64,000 bases of DNA from Eledone cirrhosa (taxonomy: Eukaryota): positions 97,154,001 through 97,218,000 of the forward strand of contig OZ024746.1 of assembly GCA_964016885.1 (NCBI GenBank), written 5' to 3'. This document shows, one piece after another, positions 23,920 through 37,302 of this stretch. The notes under the pieces were generated by a model. The model was given only the letters and a program-made list of their open reading frames with translations, was not told the DNA's origin and ran no database searches. A program made the translations under genes and the position numbers. Numbering within the stretch: position 1 is the first letter of the stretch; every line of letters starts with the position of its first letter.

Positions 23920-25627
23920 AACCACACCCCTCTCTTCTTCTCTACATCCACACCCCTCTCTTCTTCTCTACAACCACACCCCGATCTTATTCTCTACAAC
24001 CACATCCCTCTCTTCTTCTCTACAACCACACCCCAATCTTCTCCTCTACAACCCCCCCCCCCTCTTCTTCTCTACAACCACACCCCTCTCTTTTTCTCTA
24101 CAACCACACCCCAATCTTATTCTCTACAACCACATCCCTCTCTTCTTCTCTACAACCACACCCCAATCTTCTTCTCTACAACCACACCCCTCTCTTCTTC
24201 TCTACATCACACCCCTCTTTTTCTCTACAACCACACCCCTCTCTTTTTCTCTACAACCACACCCCAATCTCATTCTCTACAACCACACCCCAATCTTCTT
24301 CTCTACAACCACACCCCTCTCTTCTTCTCTACAACCACACCCCTCTCTTCTTCTCTACAACCACACCCCTCTCTTTTTCTCTACAACCACACCCCTCTCT
24401 TCTTCTCTACAACCACACCCCTCTCTTTTTCTCTACAACCACACCCCTCTCTTTTTCTCTACAACCACACCCCAATCTCATTCTCTACAACCACACCCCT
24501 CTCTTCTTCTCTACAACCACACCCCAATCTCATTCCTCTCTTCTTCTCTACAACCACACCCCAATCTCATTCCTCTCTTCTTCTCTACAACCACACCCCT
24601 CTCTTCTTCTCTACAACCACACCCCTCTCTTTTTCTCTACAACCACACCCCAATCTCATTCTCTACAACCACACCCCTCTCTTTTTCTCTACAATCACAC
24701 CCCTCTCTTCTTCTCTACAACCACACCCCTCTCTTTTTCTCTACAACCACACCCCAATCTTATTCTCTACAACCACATCCCTCTCTTCTTCTCTACAACC
24801 ACACCCCAATCTTCTTCTCTACAACCACACCCCTCTCTTCTTCTCTACATCACACCCCTCTCTTTTTCTCTACAACCACACCCCTCTCTTTTTCTCTACA
24901 ACCACACCCCAATCTCATTCTCTACAACCACACCCCAATCTTCTTCTCTACAACCACACCCCTCTCTTCTTCTCTACAACCACACCCCTCTCTTCTTCTC
25001 TACAACCACACCCCTCTCTTTTTCTCTACAACCACACCCCTCTCTTCTTCTCTACAACCACACCCCTCTCTTTTTCTCTACAACCACACCCCTCTCTTTT
25101 TCTCTACAACCACACCCCAATCTCATTCTCTACAACCACACCCCTCTCTTCTTCTCTACAACCACACCCCAATCTCATTCCTCTCTTCTTCTCTACAACC
25201 ACACCCCTCTCTTCTTCTCTACAACCACACCCCTCTCTTCTTCTCTACAACCACACCCCTCTCTTTTTCTCTACAACCACACCCCAATCTCATTCTCTAC
25301 AACCACACCCCTCTCTTTTTCTCTACAATCACACCCCTCTCTTCTTCTCTACAACCACACCCTCTCTTTTTCTCTACAACCACACCCCAATCTCATTCCT
25401 CTCTTCTTCTCTACAACCACACCCCTCTCTTCTTCTCTACAACCACACCCCTCTCTTCTTCTCTACAACCACACCCCTCTGTTCTTCTCTACATCCACAC
25501 CCCTCTCTTCTTCTCTACAACCACACCCCTCTCTTCTTCTCTACATCCACACCCCTCTCTTCTTCTCTACAACCACACCCCTCTCTTCTTCTCTACATCC
25601 ACACCCCTCTCCTCTTCTCTACAACCA
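23920..25627. repeat. 26-bp pyrimidine-rich minisatellite, ~65 units
   Basis: Consensus ACCACACCCCTCTCTTCTTCTCTACA with the variant ACCACACCCCAATCTCATTCTCTACA. Confidence 0.95.
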
Positions 25628-25837
25628 TAATACAATTTTATTCCTTTCTTTCCTCCATTCACTCACAATGTTTTATGTCAAGGTAAGAACACACGAGAAA
25701 AACAGAAATATACTGAACAGAGTATGTTTAGTGTATATGTTTATGTGTATTTATGTATGTATGTATGTAGCTGTTTATGCATGTGTATGTGTGTGTATTT
25801 ATTTATTTATGTATGTGTGTATGTATCTGTTTATGCA

Positions 25838-25898
<61 letters not shown>

Positions 25899-26234
25899 TT
25901 CTGTGTGCATGTGCATGTGTGTGTGAATTTATTCATGTTTATGTGTGTATTTATTTGTGTTAATGCATGTGTGTTTATTTATGCTGGAAGATTTTAATTT
26001 AAATAGGACCTCTTTAAAATGGATTGTTTTGTTTCGCAGAACCAGAGATAGTATTGGGTGAGTTGGCATCAAAGCAGAGAAACCTACAAGTGGCTTCTCC
26101 AGACATGTGTACCCATAAAGTAATTCTCAGGAAGACTCAGCATGGCACAGTGTATGAGATGGCTAGTCCTTTAAATTACAGGTAGAGTCTTTCAAACAGT
26201 TTCCATCTACCAGATTTGCATCTTTTGGTTTGAC

Positions 26235-26461
26235 TTAATCCTTTAGCATTTAAAGCGGCTGTGTCCAACCAGAATTCTTTCACCTATTCTGTTCAAACCA
26301 GTCATAACCAGCCACTCATACTGATGTTAAGGTATTGTTCTCAAAATAAATAATATCAAACTCTCATAGATTTGATATTATGTGAGATATTATGTGAGGT
26401 AAAGCCTTTACCATGAAAATACAATAGTATATATAGAGTAATGTAAATGCTAATGGGTTAA
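26235..26461 (+). mobile_element. piggyBac-type MITE
   Basis: TTAA flanks and TIR-like ends (ttaatcctttagcattta..taaatgctaatgggttaa). Six related copies in the window. Confidence 0.8.
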
Positions 26462-27427
26462 ATTACAGGTACAGTCTTTCAAACAGTTTCCATCCGTTCA
26501 GATTGACTTAAGGTAAATGCACTTGTCCCCCAAGATACCATGCAGTGGGGTTGAACACAGGTTGAAGCATTCAACCTGTAGTTATTATCAAAGAAAAGAG
26601 AATAGAATTCAACATTGTTAAAAGAACAATAAAATATAAAGCATCCATGGATTGTAATATGTGGAGATTGTGCTCTCCCTCCGCCCCCCCTCACCTAAGT
26701 TGAATATATGCCTAAAATACACACTATGGTGTCTATACCTAGTTGCTTATCCTGCTAGAAATAGCAGCCAAATCTCTCCCAAATTATACCCAGACATTTA
26801 AAACACATTGGATATTATAGCCTTAGATAGACTATGTCTGAAAAGACAGGATGGTCATAGCTGGAATGTCTTCAGTCATAGGTTCGCAATAATAATAACA
26901 ACAACCAAAATATACATCTTAATAAGGTGTGAATGATTCTGTAAGTTGATCAGGAGATATTGCTATGCCAGTCATAGCTGTATGAATCACTGCTATAAAA
27001 AAACTTTCAGTAAATGTTTCAAGAGCAAGAAAACATTAGAATCTGCCATAAGAGAGAAACTATCCTCTGAATATAACTTTGTGAAAATAATACTTAATGA
27101 GTATTTAACCCTTTACTGTTTTTTTTAATGAAAGATAATTTTCAAGTCATTTTGAAAATAATCAAGAATTTAGTAATATAACTAATATTTCGAATAAATA
27201 CAAACACTTAGAAGTAGACAGTTTTGTATTAAAGAGCCAGGGTGGTTTCAGGTTGTTTGTTATCAAAAGAGATAAGAAAGAAAACTAAGGAAGTTGGTAT
27301 TGATCCTGAGATGCTGAATGAGAAAGAAACATTGACAGAATCAGAAACTTGCCTTTCTTGTGAATGGGATACACAATAAGTTGAAGGAGAGTAGTTATGG
27401 TAGTTTCAGATCAAAGACGGTTAGTGT

Positions 27428-27600
27428 AAAAGTAGTTAGATCAGGTCAAATAATCTTTGACTTCACAGATGTAATGAACAACAAGGTTAAAAGTAGTAGG
27501 ATCAGGTCAAATAATCTTTGACATAACAGATGTAATGAAAAGGATGTAATGAAAGGTAGTTGGATCAAACCAAATATTTTTTGACTTCACAGATGTGATG
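27428..27600. repeat. Diverged ~62-bp tandem repeat, 3 copies
   Basis: aaagtag..gatcaggtcaaataatctttgac..cagatgtaatga repeated. Confidence 0.7.
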
Positions 27601-28101
27601 ACACAGGATTGAGATATATAGGAAGATACTATATAATTGGGATATTGTTCAGTCAACAAGAAAAAAACTGGTGTTAAAAAGTAATGGTTGTTATTCTGTT
27701 TCTTTTGTTAATGATTCTAATGTTATATTCTACAATTCTCAAGTGGATTGTTGGTTTTGTGTAGCAAAAGAAGGGCTTATTTTCTAAGTCAGGGTGAGAT
27801 TATATATATATATGCATAATTAACTAAACTCATTTTCTTACACTTCAATATGAACAAATCCACACGAAACCCATACTATCCACAAACTCAATTAAATGCA
27901 AACTATGATCCTAAAATCAACCCACTAGACACATACCACACAAAACATGAATTGAATTCAAACACATCCTTCAAAATCAAACCCCAGCCTTCTCAGTAAA
28001 CCAATAACCAACCTGTTCCAATTACTGGTATGAAGTTGACACTCACACACACATATATATATATAAATAAATACACACACACACACACACATATATATAT
28101 A

Positions 28102-28679
<578 letters not shown>

Positions 28680-29095
28680 AGTAATAAATGGAAAATATAT
28701 CACTATAGCATCATAATTTATTTCGTTATATATATTTCAGGGATACTAAGTTATAGTATGCCCTCATCAGTCAAAATACAATATTTGATGTATAAAAATG
28801 TGACATACCTATAAAATAGAACCCATTTTAAATTGATCGCATACATTCTATTTTATAGGTATGTCACATTTTTATACATCAAATATTGTATTTTGACTGA
28901 TGAGGGCATACTATAACTTAGTATCCCTGAAATATATATAACGAAATAAATTATGATGCTATAGTGATATATTTTCCATTTATTACTGTTACTATTATAA
29001 TGCTCCATATAAATTTTACTTGTCGAGTGCTTCATATCTGTTATAAATATAACTCTGTTGATTACATATCAAAAAGTCTATAACTCATTGTTTTT
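28680..29095. mobile_element. Fold-back element with 142-bp inverted arms, each carrying a hammerhead motif (family A, copy 2)
   Basis: Arms 28680-28821 and 28846-28987 appear perfectly complementary around a 24-nt loop. The ~105-nt tail is similar to 1150-1250. Confidence 0.8.
28889..28948 (+). ncRNA. Type I hammerhead ribozyme motif (mirror copy on minus strand at 28719-28778)
   Basis: TATTTTGA-CTGATGA-GGG-C-ATACTA-TAACT-TAGTAT-C-CCT-GAAA-TATATATA-ACGAAATA. AUA triplet; AATAAA overlaps the end. Confidence 0.65.
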
Positions 29096-29786
29096 ATATA
29101 TATATATATATATATCCTCTAAGCTTGAATCCAAAATAACTGTATATCTTCGCGTCCTTGTGTTTGTTTTGTTTCATTTATCAACTATATATATATACTC
29201 TATGTTGGTGTCAGGTGTTGCAGAATTTGAGTTGATAGAATAAACTATCTTATTATCCAAAACTGATATATTAATAACAATACTTTTGAAAGCTTTTCAT
29301 CAAAAGGATAGTATGCTGGGAATTGAAAAGAAGAAAAAATATTTGGCAGGGTATGCTGGGAAAATCAAAATGGTGTAAAATGTTCTGGCAGGGTATGTTG
29401 GGAATTAAAATAGTGTGAAAGTTTTTAGGATTTCAAAATGATTATTTTTTTCTTATTGGATAGAAATATACTTTTTTCAACTGATATAATAAAATGCATT
29501 TTGATTCTAAATGCCAGATATTTTAGCTGTCACAGAGGAATGAAATATTCAAAATGAGGATTTTAAGAGCAATATTCTAAACTAATTGTATCATAAGCCA
29601 ATGACATGAAGGGAGTTTGACTTCTTGCATATTTAGATAATTTTACTGGAGAGGAAAAATTGCTCCTTAAGAATTTATCTAAATTTTATTTATTTCTAAA
29701 GAATTCATTCACTAAGACACATATTGGATATATCCTTTCTTTATTGTATCACAGACAGGAGATGGAATAAAGAAAAGAAAACAATT

Positions 29787-29850
29787 CCATACATACATAC
29801 ATACATACATACATACATACATACATACATACATACATACATACATACAT
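29787..29850. repeat. (CATA)n microsatellite
   Basis: Directly visible run. Confidence 0.95.
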
Positions 29851-32533
29851 CATTAACAGAGCATTTTTGTTCAATATTTTAAATCATCACTGACAATGGG
29901 TGTGATAAATTATTACTCTTGAGAAACCTTAAATTTAAATATATTCAGTAGAAGCTGAAAACATTCATATTTGATCCAATGTAGTTTTGTAACCATAAAA
30001 GTTTACATTTATATATTGAATTTTATATTAGTTGATTTATTGAAAGTTTCCATTCTATGTATTAAAATTATGTGACTGGATTATATATTACTGATAAAAT
30101 ATTGTACATTATAATACGGATAGAAATAACCATTAGTATTGAAAAAGCCGCCTATGATTTTAATAAATAATTCATATATTCTATAGAGTGGTTCGGTATA
30201 TAAAATATTGGTTGGAAGATTATAGAATCTCAGAATATTTTTCTAAATATCTCAAACCTCAAGAATTGAATTACAATTATCAACAACATGATAATAAAGA
30301 AATCATCTAATCTAATATAATATCCATAAATTCAATGATGAGAACAAATTAGCTACACAAAATTCATATGTACACACATGAGAAAACTACACTCACACAC
30401 ACGCACACATATTATACAGCTACAAAATATTTTAAAAAAAAACAAAAAAAAAATAACTATTGTTATAAAAGTATGAAGTATTCTGTGTAAAAATCTTCAT
30501 TAAACTCTTATTCAGAAACCATGAGATTTTAAGAATGAAAATCATTTTCAACTTGATAATTTGTAACTGTTGATTAACCAAGGGATTGCAACAACATAAA
30601 AAATATATATACACATGAGAAAGAAACAAAGAATAATGTAGAACAGTGAGAATATATTGAATTTCTGCATATTTTGCAAGATATGAATATTTTAAGAAAA
30701 GTTGACAAATATACCAATAATAATGGTTGGAGAGAAAAAAGAGTAATTCCTTCAAATTGTTATAACATAAAATAGACAGGATAGAGATGCAAAGATTGTG
30801 TAATTGTGGTCTTTTGCAAAATGCTAAGTTTTATATTAGCAGAACAATCCATATCGAAGCAACAATGTATTATTTTTTTGTTTTATTTTGTTTTTTTGAT
30901 TTTTTGTCCTTCAAAGTCCCTGTAAATTCAAAGATTAGCTAGAAATCTCTGAAACATATTTACAGTCAATTATTTAGATGATAAATTGATTTCATTTTTT
31001 CTCAGAATTACACAACTGTTTGCTTTTTTCTTTTTATAACTGCAAATGTATAAAACAAGAAGAAAAGGAATGTCTATTTAACAACATTGACAAAGGAACA
31101 TTTATTTAAACCCAAATGATTGCAGAAAAATTCGGAGGTAGACACCAAGTCTTATATGGTGTACATTTTCAGCTGAGATAATCCACATCAACTTATGATG
31201 TCACACAGAACAATTTTTATGGAAGAAGAAAGTAGACTAATAAATAAGTAAAGGAAATCTTCAAAACTGAAAGAAAAATGAATAGAGAAAAATGAGATTA
31301 GTTTTACTAGTGTTTAAAAGAAATAAATGAGTAATCAAATTGGCAATAAAGAATGAAAAAGAAATGTGAATAGAAAGATAAAGACATTTGTCTAACTTGC
31401 AGACAGCTGCAACTATCAGAAATGACAGAGCTATGAAAGTCACCAAATTGAAAGTAAAGAAATACAAAGTCCATTAAAGTTAGAGGCATAAAAATTATAG
31501 GCCTCAGTGCAGAAAAACTGAAAATTCTAACTAACATATAGGCATAGAGCAAGCATATGAAAAAGAACTAATTCCTCAAATTTGTATTTTTTTTATATTA
31601 GACGAGCATGCTTTTAGAAATTTTCACTACAGATTTAAAATTATTTGATACATTTGATTTTTATAATGGATTGTATACAATTCTGAAAGCCTCAGGAAGA
31701 AAGCCAGATACAAATTGGGAATTCAAAAGCTATTGATATGAGGAATGAAATTTCAATTACAAATGATCATTGAACTTTACCACCTACTCCACATTACTAA
31801 TTTAAATGCTAACCACTCAGATTACAAATATTCAAATATTAACTTTGAATTTTCTTCTCAATAAAACTGAATATTAATTTCACTTGACAATTAGAACAAT
31901 AGGATTTAGAATTTTTATACATTTTTATTGTATAATTTATTGAAATTGTTTTGACTTAGAAAAAAAATGAAGAAATTTAAATTCTGAAATGTTACTACTC
32001 CATACACCAGTATAGTTTATCACTAGTCTCTTGTTTTATGCAAGTTTGTAATGTTGTTTTGATTTTCACAAAGTAAATCTACGTTTTTATAGCATTTTAA
32101 ATTTTAGTATTTAAATATTGCCAGTATAAATTACATCGAGACTTTTGGTTTGTTTTAGTGTATATTTTAGCTAATCTCTCATATATAAATCTGAAACACT
32201 ACCCTTGGGTTAAAACATACTATTGAATTGCATTTAAGGGCTACTGGTACAGAAAGTAAAATTGTCTTCTATAATCTTAAGACTAATACATATCCACGAA
32301 AAAAATAATAGAAACAAAAGGCCATGAGATTCTAAAATTTAAAAGGTTAAAATACATAACTTATAAAGTGTGCAACTGAAATAAAAACTATTGACAAGAA
32401 GAACCCATGCAAACTTTTCCTTGAAATTATGCATAAAAACTACTTTATAAAACAAAATAAATATGAGGAATGTATTTTAAATTTCAATAGCATAGAGAAT
32501 TTTTCTATGAGATTTATAGGGGAGAACAGATAT

Positions 32534-32723
32534 AATTGTTTCTACTTTTGGCACAAGGCCAGCAATTACCCAGCGTATTACTGGTACTTTATTTTATCGA
32601 CCCTGTAAGGATGAAAGGCAAAGTTAACCTCGGCGGGATTTGAACTCAGAATGGCAAGGGCCGTAACTCAATGCGTCAAAGCATGGCGTCCGACTCTCTA
32701 CCGATACTGCCAATCCACCGCCC
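32534..32723 (-). mobile_element. Full-length Nin-type SINE with target-site duplication
   Basis: Flanked by the direct repeat gggagaacagatataat. Confidence 0.9.
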
Positions 32724-32859
32724 TATATGGGAGAACAGATATAATGAAGGATGTTATGATTTCAATCTCAGATGAAAATATGGGTGGAATAGGAGGAAGA
32801 ATGAGTAGGTATCTACAGCTATACAATGGTGCCACCAATTATATACCACATTTCAGTAA

Positions 32860-33251
32860 TAATTCTTTCTACTTTTGGCACAAGGCCAGCAATTACGCCA
32901 ATGCATTATTGGTGCTTTATGTTATCGAACCTGTAAGGATGAAAGGCAAAGTTAACCTCGGCGAGATTTGAACTCAGACCATAAAGGGCCGTAATTCTTT
33001 GCTTCAAAGCATGGCGTCCAACCCATTACCGATACTGCCAATCCACCGCCCTTTCAGTAATAATTGTTTCTACTTTTGGCACAAGGCCAGCAATTACCCA
33101 GTGTATTACTGGTTCTTTATTTTATCGACCCCGTAAGGATGAGAGGCAAAGTTAACCTCGGTGGGATTTGAACTCAGAATGGCAAGGGCCGTAACTCTAT
33201 GCATCAAATCATGGCATCCGACCCTCTACTGATACTGCCAATCCACCGCCC
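32860..33251 (-). mobile_element. Two head-to-tail Nin-type SINEs
   Basis: Two ~190-bp copies; tttcagtaataat is present before, between and after them. Confidence 0.9.
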
Positions 33252-34030
33252 TTTCAGTAATAATAACTGGCTATCATAACTAATTATAGTGGTTCACATT
33301 GAAATCTGATTTTATCAGCGGTTTATAATGGAGGTGAAATATTTCTTGGTAGATGTAAATCTTGAACATATTATCATTCTCTTCATTACCAAAATAAAAG
33401 TTTCCAAGCTGGTATGGATTTGTGAGATCGCTGCATACTAAACATGATTTCCCTTGTTTATTTCTATTCTTTAACTCATACTTATTATTTTATCATTCAA
33501 AATCTATTTTTAATATCTATCACCATTTTAAAACATTCTCAAACACATTTATCATCATTCTTCCTTATTAAATGTTGATAAGAACTGGGAACTTTACCCT
33601 AATAAGAGAAAGAGATGTTATGATTCTCAGTTATAACAACAATCTCAACATTTAACTGTATCAAAATGAAAAACCTATCAGGACTCACAAAAAATAATCT
33701 AAACAAAATCACATTAAAGCAATTTCTAGCCTGGTTATCAATCATTTGATATAATTGATAGTGGTAAATATACAGAATCATCTTTTTTTTGTTGAGAAGT
33801 TGGCTGTGAATGTGAGTAGAATATGAGTAAGAGAGAAAGATATTCAATACAACATAGAGGGGTTGGATATATTTTTGTGTATTTCAATGAAGTATATCTA
33901 TGTGAATTCAATGATTTCATTTCTATGAAGAATGCCAAAGAATGAATGCATTGATATAATTTATATTATAATGTAGTAAATAAAAATGTGTGTGTGTGTC
34001 TGAATTTATGTATGCAAATATATATATATG

Positions 34031-34106
<76 letters not shown>

Positions 34107-34131
34107 TATGTATATATATGTTATATTATAT

Positions 34132-34164
<33 letters not shown>

Positions 34165-34977
34165 TCATATTTTTTGTCTAGAGCTTAAGATTTCAAGACA
34201 TTTGAAACTTTTCAAATAGTCTAACTTGCCTTTACTCCAAAGGCTATGATATATTCTGTTACTTTAATAAGAAACCACTTATGATAGATTTGGCAGTTTT
34301 TTCTGAAAGTTAGTTTCAAAACTTAAAATGTCAAAAGAGTAATTTTTATATCATGGAAAAGTTTCTGCATTAAGTGCAGCTTTTAAAATTGAAGCAGACA
34401 TTTTAACTATAAAGAGCATCTTTAAAGATACATTGATGATTGATGATGCAATAAAATGGCAAAATAAAAATTGAAATAATTATGATACCTGGGACAGAGG
34501 AGAAAGTTAACAAGAAAATTGAGTTAAGAAAATGTGTTGTGAGGAAGGAACAAAAGGCTGAAAGATATTTAAAAGCAACATGTTAGAGATGACCTCACTC
34601 AGCAATAAAAGCTGTTGGAAATTATCTAACAAGTATATATTTTTCAAACAAATTATTTAATGATTATCTTGTAATATAAATATGAAGTACAAGGCTGTTC
34701 AATCCAAAATAATCTTCATTATAATTTGTCCATTAGAATTTATCATGTTCTAAGATTGGTTTATCATCAAACCAAAAATGGTAGAAAAATGATGTCATAC
34801 TGGGTCCCATACTTCCCTCTACTTACTGCAATCAGCCATTCAGATGAAGAAGCCCTACTACATGGACTGTGTATTTCTTTGCCATCCTTTGGGGTAGCAC
34901 ATTCACCATTCTCCTCTCATCTTCGACAATTAAGTTACAACAAACTTAAATGTGATGTTCTTCTTTCTTCTTCTTTT

Positions 34978-35250
34978 GACCTGTAACTCCTGCTTGAGCT
35001 GTAGGAGAGCTGTAGTGACATACAGCATTTCTTAGGTATTTTAAACCTGGTGGAGCCCATCCCCTCTCCAGGTTCGAACATGGTCAATTTCTTCCAGAGA
35101 AAGGAAGAGAGTGAAAGAGAGGAAGTGAGAAAGAGATATAGAGGAAGAAATGAGGTTGGTATTTATTTAATCGACCTCGAAAGAATGAAAGGTAAAGTTG
35201 ACCTTGGTGGAATTGGAACTCAGAGTACAGAGAGTCGGAAGGAAGAGCAC
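34978..35250 (-). mobile_element. Composite SINE (third copy of the 20822/22492 family)
   Basis: cctgtaactcctg..gacatacagcatttctt.ggtattttaa..ggtggagcccatccc..ttcttccagaga..tcgacctcgaaagaatgaaagg. Confidence 0.65.
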
Positions 35251-35399
35251 AAATCATTTTATCTGATGTTCTAATGGCGCTGCCATTTTGCTGCTTAAAT
35301 GTGAGGTTACTTTATATATATAATTTAATAGAAACAGAAAAAAAATTTGATTAAGGAGAAAGAATGGAATGTAAAATGAGAAAATATAAAAGAAACAAT

Positions 35400-35585
35400 G
35401 GACAAGGAAGGGAATGGCAAGGGTTCTAGTGTCACAGAAGGAGGGGGAGGGTGATTGGGCTCTGGGCCTAGGGCGCAGTGCTCGATGGACACGACCACAA
35501 AGGCATTCCTGCAGACAATGGCCAGCAACACCCTCTGCAACAGCCACCCCCACCTCAGGGGACTTCTTAATAAAGGATAGCGGGA
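35400..35585 (-). mobile_element. CRE-like REL LINE C-terminal remnant
   Basis: GC-rich island. Minus strand encodes WLLQRVLLAIVCRNAFVV, resembling the QR-S-A--RGNA motif at the end of CRE-clade ORFs. Confidence 0.45.
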
Positions 35586-35659
35586 TTATATTTACTATTC
35601 AACAGTTTATTTATCATATAAGGTGAACATTTTAATCTAAGTAAGAAGATTCAACAGAT

Positions 35660-35771
35660 AATTGTTTCTATTTTAGGCACAAGGCCAGCAATTATCCAGT
35701 ACATTACTGGTACTTTATTTTATCGACCCCGTAAACCTCGGCGGGATTTGAACTCAGATCATAAAGGGACG
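35660..35771 (-). mobile_element. Truncated Nin-type SINE with TSD
   Basis: Flanked by caacagataat on both sides. Confidence 0.75.
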
Positions 35772-36407
35772 CAACAGATAATGTTGAAACTAAGTATTTC
35801 TTACTCTACCAGTAAGGCAATTTAATAAATAAGGCACAATCCTTATTTATTAGCAAACATGAAAAAATTGGCTTCAGAAAATAGACTAAAAATAATGTAT
35901 TCATAAAAGAATTCAGTGAAAGTTATCTGGGTATATAAACATATATAGAAACATTCACCTCCAGATGTACCTACATAATATTATGTGAACATAGATACAT
36001 ACACACACATACATAGATACATACACAAACTTAGATACATACACACACATACATACATAGATACATACACATACACACATGATTTTGAATTATACATGAG
36101 CAAAGACTTCTCAAATAATATATCTATTATATATGAATGTCTTTAAACTAACAGGAATAAACAGAAATAAAATACCAAGTGTTGTCAGGTAGTAAGTAAG
36201 TTATCTCTTCAGAGAAACAGGGGTGGGTAAGATATAATGTTCGGAAGTCCATCAGAAGAGGCCAGATTGATACTATGTTACCGACACACTGCATAGTTGT
36301 CAAACCCATCAAAACAGTTGTAATGAACAATTTCAGAATAAATTGTTGTAAAAGTCTATTTTGCATACTTATTCTTCATAATATATATATATATAATATA
36401 CATATAT

Positions 36408-36652
36408 ATATGATGGCTGCAAACTCGTGTTCCAGCATTGCCATCACCCGATAAAATGCTTAAAATATGTGAGGCACAAATGTGGCTCTTTAAATCATCC
36501 AAAGACTTGCACCCTCTGGCACATACATGGCAACTGTAGGTTCCTCCGGGACTTTCCATTGCTTTGTTCTAGCTGTGTGTTCTCATGTGTCTTTTAAGAC
36601 CTCCCATGCTAGCACATTCCTTGCCACATTCCTTACACCTTTGCAGATCATA
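36408..36652 (-). mobile_element. Probable LINE 3' end encoding two C2H2 zinc fingers
   Basis: Minus strand encodes CKECGKECASMGGLKRHMRTH*..CHVCARGCKSLDDLKSHICASH, then a short UTR ending in (TA)n. Internal stop present. Confidence 0.6.
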
Positions 36653-36674
36653 ATCTCTCTATATATACATATAT

Positions 36675-36857
36675 AGGAAAAGAGTCAGGACCCCGACAGC
36701 TGAGCTCTAGTCGTTTCAACTTGGATCTAGCTGTCGAAACAGCCAGAGCTCAGCCGTCGGGGTCCTGTCTTTTCTATTACCCACTCTACTATGCTAAGTA
36801 TTGAGTACTCTGGTGCGTTATGGTCCACCTGGTATCTTACCACACCCTTTTTGTTAT
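36675..36857 (+). mobile_element. Hairpin-headed short element (family B)
   Basis: aggaaaagagtcaggaccccgacagctgagctct..gaaacagccagagctcagccgtcggggtcctg plus the shared tail. Confidence 0.75.
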
Positions 36858-37302
36858 ATATATACATACGAGTCCTGGGTTTAATCACGGGGTAACTACA
36901 ATAAGTAAGGTACTCAATACATTAGTAGAGTGTAAACATCATGTTTAATATAGGATTGGCTTCTACAGGACTAGAACTGTTTCATTTAAAGGAAATCAGC
37001 AGGAAAGAGCTTTCCTATATATATATATATATATATATATAAAAGCAAGTATTGCACCAAGCAAAATATAGACTTTGGTGAGAAAGGAGAGTAGGAATTT
37101 AATGGCTTTAACATCTTTCTGTGTTTGTTATAATAGTCTGGACCTATATACTATATTACCCTGCTTGCATATTTATGCTGTACGAATCAAAGGATACCAT
37201 CAAGTCAAATTCTCTGGTAAGCAGTTACCTTATTTAAGCATTAATTCTTGATATACATAAACAAAACCTTATCTACCCTCACATATCTCTCTCTCTATAT
37301 AT

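Noticed and set aside
23901-25997. 698-aa and 574-aa ORFs
   Set aside because: Translations of a nearly G-free 26-bp minisatellite cycling through all frames.
33280-33490. ~70-codon open stretch on minus strand (..CSDLTNPYQLGNFYFGNEENDNMFKIY..)
   Set aside because: No recognisable homology, no convincing splice acceptor, and the length is attainable by chance.
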